From a virus (taxonomy: Duplodnaviria > Caudoviricetes), in IMG/VR virus record IMGVR_UViG_3300025652_000059, positions 1,497 through 65,496 of that record: a stretch of 64,000 nucleotides of DNA. The stretch is one strand, 5' to 3'. Shown here piece after piece: positions 59,152 to 64,000 of this stretch; the stretch's first letter is position 1; every line of letters starts with the position of its first letter. The notes under the pieces were generated by a model that did not search any database, was not told where the DNA came from, and was given only the letters and a program-made list of their open reading frames with translations. A program made the position numbers and the translations under genes.

Positions 59152-60087
59152 CTAGTCTTCAGCTAGACTTTTGAAAAAGTCAAGAGAGTCGTCCGTTGAC
59201 TCTGAAGAGGTTGAGGATGAGGATGGGGCTTCAGCCTGAGCAACAGCAGGTGCCGCTCGCTCTTTAAAGTTTGGCTGAAACGCCATCCCCGCATTGCTGT
59301 CCTCGGCGGTCGCTACGGGTGCGTGTGAACCACCATCAAGTTGTAGAACTTTGTGCAGTTTTGCTTTAAGTTCTCCATAAGACTTGAAGTTTTTAGGATC
59401 AACAATTTCGGCTAGGGAGTGCTGTTTGTTCCATACTGCTTCCATATCTTCATCAGACAGTGCTTCACCATCAGTGTTAGCAATTGGAGCAGGAGTAGCA
59501 AACTCAGATTTGTCGTAGTTGCGATAGCCTTCTACTTGACGAATCTTTAGTTTGAAGTCAGCGCCTTCCCAGAAATCGAATGGATTGATTGGATCTTCAT
59601 CAGCGAACTGAGGATTCATAGCATCGTTCAGTTTGTCGAAGATTTTCTTACCAAATTTATACAAATAAACTTGACCTTCACGAGAAGGATTTGATGGATC
59701 AGATACGACCATTACATTAGCTACATAGCTAAGACGGCGTTTCTGTTTACGAGCAATCTCTTTGTCTTCATCATGACCAGAGTTCCACAACTGAGAGTTA
59801 TACTCAGATACTGGATCGTCTTGACTTAGAGTTGTTAGAGACTTCTCGATGTACCAACCACCTGGCCCTTGAAAGCCATGATCCCAATAGCGAACGAAAG
59901 GCATATCTTCGTTCTCAGAAGCGGGTAGGAATCGAAGTACAGCGTAGCCATTGCCAGCTTTATCGACTTCTGGTTTCCAGTAGTTGTCGTCACCTTTGGA
60001 CATTTTTTGATTTGACATTGATTGTAGTTGAGAGTTCAACTTATCAAAAGAGTTCGTACGGTTTTTCTTTAATGATGCAAAAGACAT
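59152..60087 (-). CDS. gp32: single-stranded DNA-binding protein gp32
   Basis: DKAGNGYAVLRFLP, HGFQGPGGWYIE, YKFGKKIFDK, NYDKSEF and acidic tail DDSLDFFKSLAED. Confidence 0.97.
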   Translation of the reverse strand: MSFASLKKNRTNSFDKLNSQLQSMSNQKMSKGDDNYWKPEVDKAGNGYAVLRFLPASENEDMPFVRYWDHGFQGPGGWYIEKSLTTLSQDDPVSEYNSQLWNSGHDEDKEIARKQKRRLSYVANVMVVSDPSNPSREGQVYLYKFGKKIFDKLNDAMNPQFADEDPINPFDFWEGADFKLKIRQVEGYRNYDKSEFATPAPIANTDGEALSDEDMEAVWNKQHSLAEIVDPKNFKSYGELKAKLHKVLQLDGGSHAPVATAEDSNAGMAFQPNFKERAAPAVAQAEAPSSSSTSSESTDDSLDFFKSLAED

Positions 60088-60104
60088 ATTATGTTCTCCA
60101 TATT

Positions 60105-60148
60105 TGCGTTGTATTTACGATTTTAGTACTTCTCGTATGCGTTGTATT
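60105..60148 (-). repeat. 11-nt direct repeat AATACAACGCA x2 in the gene 32 leader
   Basis: Copies at 60138-60148 and 60105-60115. Confidence 0.8.
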
Positions 60149-60174
60149 ATACTAGGTGTTGCTGTATTTGTCAA
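60146..60174 (-). promoter_or_regulatory. consensus sigma70 (early) promoter for gene 32
   Basis: TTGACA-17 nt-TATAAT overlapping the end of gene 59. Confidence 0.88.
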
Positions 60175-60751
60175 GAACTATTTTCTTCATTTTCACTTTA
60201 TCATAATCTAAAAAAGGTTTATAGTTGTTAACAGTCTTATTTATATCAGGGAAAACTATGGTGTCACGAATAGTCTTCTCCCAATACTTAAAGCATCCAG
60301 TGAGTTCATCAATGATAATCAATGTCTCAATGCATACCCTTCTTCTGTTGAACAGAGATAGGAGTTTTGGATATTCTCCATCTTCGACAACAATGTTGGC
60401 ATTGAAGTCATCGTCTAACTCATCTAAATCATTCTTAAATGTGTAAGTCAATGACTGTTGCCTTTTTGACCACTCAGTATAGACTTCATCTGCTTCATGA
60501 CTGTCTATTAAGTTGCCAATCCAGAGATCAGGCTTCTTTAATATATTCGCTAGAATATAATCTTTAGCATCTTTCCTCTTAGATAACTTATAGAAAAAGA
60601 ACTTATCTTTTCTATTTTCAAATCCATCGACAGTAAGTCTCATCTTACCGCCATACTTCACAAAGTCATAAGTTGATGTGAAATGCTTCTTGATTGCCAT
60701 GTAGTAACTATAGAGTTCGAACGCATCTCTAGTAGAATACATTGAACTCAT
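60152..60751 (-). CDS. gp59: helicase loader gp59
   Basis: YMAIKKHFTS.YDFVKYGGK, FENRKDKFFFYKLS and YKPFL. Confidence 0.95.
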   Translation of the reverse strand: MSSMYSTRDAFELYSYYMAIKKHFTSTYDFVKYGGKMRLTVDGFENRKDKFFFYKLSKRKDAKDYILANILKKPDLWIGNLIDSHEADEVYTEWSKRQQSLTYTFKNDLDELDDDFNANIVVEDGEYPKLLSLFNRRRVCIETLIIIDELTGCFKYWEKTIRDTIVFPDINKTVNNYKPFLDYDKVKMKKIVLDKYSNT

Positions 60752-60999
60752 ACAGGTAATCTCACAAGTTTCTCGACCATGTTTAACTCTTCAGCTTCTT
60801 TGTAAATGTTTGCTTTTAGAAGAGGCGACTTACGAATAATCTCACCAACAACTTCGATTTCAAGACCATTCTTCTCAGCGTACTCGACTACTGCGTCAAT
60901 ATAGGGCACACCTGCGTCAATGTGTCTCTTTATATCTAGCATTATACGCTCAGAGTTTAGTCTGTTAAGTAATTTAAGGTCACCCTTCTTATCACCCAT
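60748..60999 (-). CDS. gp33: late transcription coactivator gp33
   Basis: YIDAVVEYAEKNGLEIE...LKANIYKEAEELN...RLPV. Confidence 0.92.
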   Translation of the reverse strand: MGDKKGDLKLLNRLNSERIMLDIKRHIDAGVPYIDAVVEYAEKNGLEIEVVGEIIRKSPLLKANIYKEAEELNMVEKLVRLPV

Positions 61000-61201
61000 T
61001 TAGAACCTTTATCCCTAACGCCCAGTTCTCTGCGGCATCTTCAGCCCACTGTAGAGACTTACGCTCATGTAGTTCAGTTGACACTAGTGTGCCACGAGGA
61101 TCGTAGTACTCAATTCTCCAACCATTATCAGCTTCAAAGATAAGTGCTTGAGCGTTGCCCGCTTCTTCAACCTTGATTCTTCTACTAACTAGTTTAGACA
61201 T
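60992..61201 (-). CDS. hypothetical protein
   Basis: 69 aa ending KSLQWAEDAAENWALG, coupled between dsbA and gene 33. Confidence 0.75.
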   Translation of the reverse strand: MSKLVSRRIKVEEAGNAQALIFEADNGWRIEYYDPRGTLVSTELHERKSLQWAEDAAENWALGIKVLNG

Positions 61202-61205
61202 AATA

Positions 61206-61475
61206 CTATCCTATAGTTTCGAGTAATGCTTCGATGTCTTCGATCTCAGAGATCAACTCAGACACATTTTCTTTATGATAAATTTTAGCCATTTTAGCTA
61301 GGTACTTTTTAGGGATATCAACATCATCAGAGAGTGAGACGATAGCTTCTTTAATGAAGTCTCGTTCAGCATCGATGCGAGTATAAGATGCACTGATCTC
61401 ATTCATAGCGCCTTTGATGCGTTGCTTATCAGAGTCTGACGATGGTAGAATAATAGAGTTTGTTGGTGTTGTCAT
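61206..61475 (-). CDS. dsbA: double-stranded DNA-binding protein DsbA
   Basis: EISASYTRIDAERDFIKE...IPKKYLAKMAKIYHK; T4 gene order dsbA-33-59-32. Confidence 0.88.
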   Translation of the reverse strand: MTTPTNSIILPSSDSDKQRIKGAMNEISASYTRIDAERDFIKEAIVSLSDDVDIPKKYLAKMAKIYHKENVSELISEIEDIEALLETIG

Positions 61476-61499
61476 AGTATAAGTTCCATATCAATTAAA

Positions 61500-61667
61500 A
61501 GAAGGGGCCCGTTTTGAGTAACACTTATCGTTGGAATCTACCAACTGTGTCGTCTCTTCGCAATCCATGCTAACTAGCATCCATGCCTGTGGTGGGCCAA
61601 GCCACACTCCTCTTTAGTTATTGACATTTTCGAATTTCCTTTTTCGGGTATGTCGTACCTCTCTTCT
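61500..61667 (-). ncRNA. unassigned structured RNA candidate (~170 nt)
   Basis: Intergenic. Closing stem AGAAG/CUUCU, several internal hairpins and a possible GGCCC/GGGCC pseudoknot. Confidence 0.55.
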
Positions 61668-61699
61668 ACACATACTGTTATCATACTTTGTATATGAGA

Positions 61700-61993
61700 A
61701 GTCGTGTGGACAACTTCTGTTGCTAGGCGTGTCCAGACCCCGGTAGATTATGCCGCTAGGGCAAAATCACCATGTGCAAAATTATTATCGTTTGCGATTA
61801 TTTTATTAGCTTCTTTAGTCGGGAACTCCCAACCCTTACAGTCTTTAGCATTGACTGATTCTCCACATAACCTCAACCGTCTGTCGAATCCAGAGCGTCC
61901 CCATCATAAAAACACTAAACAATGCTCTTATGGTGGAGACGAGGGGAGTCGAACCCCTGTCCAAACAAATCTACTTTATGCTTCACTGAATAC
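61700..61993 (-). ncRNA. ssrA: tmRNA, circularly permuted two-piece (alphaproteobacterial-type) gene
   Basis: Acceptor piece ...GGACAGGGGTTCGACTCCCCTCGTCTCCACCA ends at 61931. A 28-nt intervening hairpin follows. The coding piece starts GGGGACGCTCTGGATTCGAC at 61902. Acceptor stem has G3.U70; tag ORF present. Outer boundaries are approximate. Confidence 0.95.
61748..61795 (-). other. tmRNA proteolysis tag reading frame (A)ANDNNFAHGDFALAA*
   Basis: ATAATC-GCA AAC GAT AAT AAT TTT GCA CAT GGT GAT TTT GCC CTA GCG GCA TAA. Confidence 0.93.
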
Positions 61994-62213
61994 TTTTATT
62001 GACTTTTTTGTACAGAACTTCGTGCTGTTCTCGTAACCAATCGTCATACACGCAATCACTAAATTCATCTTCAGTCATTGCGGTTAAACTGTCAATATAC
62101 ATATTAAACGAAAGAAATGATCCACTCATGCCAGTTGCTATATCCATAGGCTTTGCAATTTGTTCCAGTGCATCAATTCTACTTTTAAGTTCACTCAATA
62201 CTTCACTTCTCAT
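61983..62213 (-). CDS. hypothetical protein
   Basis: 76-aa ORF whose stop codon overlaps the predicted 5' end of the tmRNA acceptor piece. Confidence 0.65.
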   Translation of the reverse strand: MRSEVLSELKSRIDALEQIAKPMDIATGMSGSFLSFNMYIDSLTAMTEDEFSDCVYDDWLREQHEVLYKKVNKSIQ

Positions 62214-62234
62214 AATATACTCTCATCGAATGTC

Positions 62235-62534
62235 TTATTTATACTCTTGCTCTTTTCTCAACTTCAGCAACCATGAGTCGCCTCTACGTTCAGCATCATA
62301 AAAGACTGCCGCTGTAAATGTAGCCATGAACAACAATACAAAGTGAATAACAAGGCTTATGCCCATATAGATTACGCTACCAATGTAGATTCCAAACGTG
62401 ATTGACCACATCCAAGCTAGAACAGTCATTATCCACATTCGTGATAATGGATCTGGGATATGTCTTAGCGGGTTCTTGCTATGGTCAAACAGCCAATTAT
62501 AAAAGTCATAGAACTTTAAAAACATCAACTTCAT
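62235..62534 (-). CDS. membrane protein (NPLRHIPD family of marine phages/bacteria)
   Basis: NPLRHIPD...VLAWMW motif, two TM helices and GGAG SD. Confidence 0.75.
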   Translation of the reverse strand: MKLMFLKFYDFYNWLFDHSKNPLRHIPDPLSRMWIMTVLAWMWSITFGIYIGSVIYMGISLVIHFVLLFMATFTAAVFYDAERRGDSWLLKLRKEQEYK

Positions 62535-62570
62535 AATATTTCTCCATTATATATCTTGCTTATGTGTGTA

Positions 62571-62599
62571 ATTATAGCACGGTGTAGCCGATTTGTCAA
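62571..62599 (-). promoter_or_regulatory. consensus sigma70 (early) promoter upstream of the membrane-protein/tmRNA unit
   Basis: TTGACA-17 nt-TATAAT with extended -10 TG. Confidence 0.9.
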
Positions 62600-62602
62600 G
62601 TA

Positions 62603-62707
62603 TTATGTGACTAAATTATATCCCATATAGAATAGGGCTAACCAAAGTAATCCCTTGATTAGAAAGAATGAAAATGTGAATAGTAGCAGTTGCGTTGTTC
62701 TCTTCAT
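62603..62707 (-). CDS. small hydrophobic protein (34 aa)
   Basis: MKRTTQLLLFTFSFFLIKGLLWLALFYMGYNLVT; ATGA overlap with the glutaredoxin-like gene. Confidence 0.6.
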   Translation of the reverse strand: MKRTTQLLLFTFSFFLIKGLLWLALFYMGYNLVT

Positions 62708-62985
62708 AAGATAAATTTCAACCATTCCTTAAAGTCGTCTAAATTACCGATGTCTTGTCCATCAACCATTATCTGCGGTACATTCTCTGCACAAGGAAAT
62801 AGATCCATCAACTCAAGTAGATTATAATCTTTACCAAAGTCAAGATACTCTACATCTAATCCTGCGAATGTCGCCCAAGCGTATAGTGTCGCTGATTCAT
62901 CGCTACCCTTCATCCCATACAGCGTTGCTTGAGGTGGTAGCTTATAACTTAATATCTCGTCTTCGAACTTTATATGGCACCCCAA
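62704..62985 (-). CDS. glutaredoxin-fold protein lacking the CxxC motif
   Basis: LYGMKGSDES...VEYLDFGKDY...NVPQIMVDGQDIG..DDF. Confidence 0.75.
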   Translation of the reverse strand: MGCHIKFEDEILSYKLPPQATLYGMKGSDESATLYAWATFAGLDVEYLDFGKDYNLLELMDLFPCAENVPQIMVDGQDIGNLDDFKEWLKFIL

Positions 62986-63001
62986 TTACTTTGATTGATT
63001 C

Positions 63002-63682
63002 TTATTTAATTTCTGGAAACAAACACTTCTGTATAAAAACATCAACATCATCTTCATCAAGGCCCAGTGACTTCATTACACGAGGTGTATGAGGATTCTG
63101 TTTCTGATAGAAAGCATAGCGATTTTGCGCTACTATTCCCTCACTATCTTCACTGTTACACCAATAGTCACCTACGTTATTCAGATAGTACAGCAAAGAT
63201 TGCTCAACTGCATCAGATATCTGGTTTATCTCGTCTTGCTCTTTGACCATCCCTGCCGCTATCATTCCATCACTGAAGATCGCTTGCGCCCATTCAGGAA
63301 GCTCACGCTCTCTTTTCCATTCCAGCTTTGATGAAATATTCCCAAACGTCTTGATCATTTCGTGATCAGGATTCGTTGTCGCTGATAGATCACAGAATGC
63401 TCCTGTCATCTTGTTGGGACCCGCTATTACATCGAATCCAAAGATAGGAGCATCACTGTCTGTGTGAGGGAATACGCAAACGTGCATCATCCAGAGCTTA
63501 CTAGACTCTCTCATATCGACTACATCAATATGGGCTCTTCTATAGTTCTTACTCGTCCAGACTCTGTTGACCCAACCCGGTTGATTGAATCGCTCCATAC
63601 CCTCTTCTTGGATCTCTGTTCCAGTGAACTTAAATAACTCAATGATATCGTTCTGGATATCAATTAATCTGCTCCATATCAT
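63002..63682 (-). CDS. pcyX: ferredoxin-dependent bilin reductase, PcyX type
   Basis: MIWSRL, GMERFN..GWVNRVW...RRAHIDVVD...LWMMH, PIFGFDVIAG, RELPEWAQAIFS and QKQNPHTPRVM. Start at MIW is more likely than the ORF-track start. Confidence 0.9.
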   Translation of the reverse strand: MIWSRLIDIQNDIIELFKFTGTEIQEEGMERFNQPGWVNRVWTSKNYRRAHIDVVDMRESSKLWMMHVCVFPHTDSDAPIFGFDVIAGPNKMTGAFCDLSATTNPDHEMIKTFGNISSKLEWKRERELPEWAQAIFSDGMIAAGMVKEQDEINQISDAVEQSLLYYLNNVGDYWCNSEDSEGIVAQNRYAFYQKQNPHTPRVMKSLGLDEDDVDVFIQKCLFPEIK

Positions 63683-63683
63683 A

Positions 63684-63761
63684 CTATTCATCATCGCCCT
63701 CGCGTAACACGAACCAGATCCACATGAGCACTAGCGCAACTATAACAACTTGTATGTCCAT
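63684..63761 (-). CDS. small single-TM peptide (25 aa)
   Basis: MDIQVVIVALVLMWIWFVLREGDDE; TGATG-coupled upstream and stops 1 nt before pcyX. Confidence 0.55.
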   Translation of the reverse strand: MDIQVVIVALVLMWIWFVLREGDDE

Positions 63762-63943
63762 CAGGCTAAGTATGCCATAATCGAAGTGGCTATCATAGAT
63801 ACAGTAATGCCTATAATGATTCCCTGCAATAGTGTGAGACTATACATCATTCGATCAGTCGATGCATCGATTCTATCAAACGCTTCTATTACGCCTTCAT
63901 ACGCTTCGTCTAACTTCTTCGCTGATTCAGTTTTTTCTATCAT
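63761..63943 (-). CDS. small membrane-anchored protein (60 aa)
   Basis: C-terminal TM helix; ATGA overlap with the hemO stop. Confidence 0.65.
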   Translation of the reverse strand: MIEKTESAKKLDEAYEGVIEAFDRIDASTDRMMYSLTLLQGIIIGITVSMIATSIMAYLA

Positions 63944-64000
63944 ACTAATTCTCCAAACAATCTAATTGCATATTCAAAACAGATATTCGCTTCATCTGCC
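63940..64000 (-). CDS. hemO: heme oxygenase (3' end only)
   Basis: Terminal residues ADEANICFEYAIRLFGELV* match the EANxxFxxxxxLFxEL heme-oxygenase C-terminal helix; upstream of pcyX. Only 19 codons are visible. Confidence 0.75.
   Translation of the reverse strand, partial: ADEANICFEYAIRLFGELV

Noticed and set aside
61500-61667. Minimal RNase P RNA, 6S RNA or a known small ribozyme
   Set aside because: AAGGAAAUUCG and CAAAACGGGCC only loosely resemble the RNase P conserved regions and give no convincing P4 helix. The fold is not a 6S-like rod, and I see no HDV, pistol or hammerhead core. Left unassigned pending cmscan.
61931-61962. tRNA-Ala gene or attP-like tRNA fragment
   Set aside because: There is no D or anticodon arm upstream. 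The matching 5' strand lies downstream with a tag ORF, so this is the permuted tmRNA.
61704-62036. 110-aa + strand ORF
   Set aside because: Antisense shadow of the tmRNA gene, with no RBS or recognisable motif.
63380-63410. GAFCD in place of GAFHD in PcyX as a sign of altered catalysis
   Set aside because: The residues I can place as catalytic (HxD, MH and GFD motifs) are intact, and I cannot support a role for this position from sequence alone.
1-64000. CRISPR array, diversity-generating retroelement or invertase-based fibre switching
   Set aside because: No regularly spaced repeats, reverse transcriptase, template/variable repeat pair or recombinase seen. No long inverted repeats were noticed around the inverted 11700-14537 gene.

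Overview
A 64-kb segment of a T4-like (Tevenvirinae/Kyanoviridae-style) marine myophage genome. Most of it (1-58.9 kb) is the virion morphogenesis module: portal gp20 (partial), gp19, gp18, gp17, gp16, gp15, gp14 and gp13; a ~28-kb block of large accessory fibre/spike proteins (LRR protein, a paralogous pair, a beta-helix protein, VrlC/DUF4815); and baseplate genes gp8, gp7, gp6, gp25, gp5, gp27-like, gp53, gp48, gp54, gp26, gp51 and gp29, plus gp4 and gp2. These are driven by TATAAATA late promoters. The right end holds the dsbA-33-59-32 replication block, a non-coding island and an auxiliary hemO...pcyX bilin cassette. Highlights found by reading the sequence: (1) a circularly permuted, two-piece, alphaproteobacterial-type tmRNA gene with tag ANDNNFAHGDFALAA; (2) an unassigned ~170-nt structured RNA candidate directly downstream of it; (3) two near-identical consensus sigma70 promoters bracketing gp5 and firing antisense into the baseplate-hub genes; (4) a T-TTT-TTT slippery site that would fuse gp26 to gp51 by -1 frameshifting, like lambda gpG/GT; (5) a ~40-aa module inserted nine times across seven virion proteins; (6) nested domain insertions in the tail sheath; (7) a glutaredoxin lacking its CxxC motif and small membrane peptides within the hemO-pcyX cassette. 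All assignments come from motif recognition by eye; no database searches were run.
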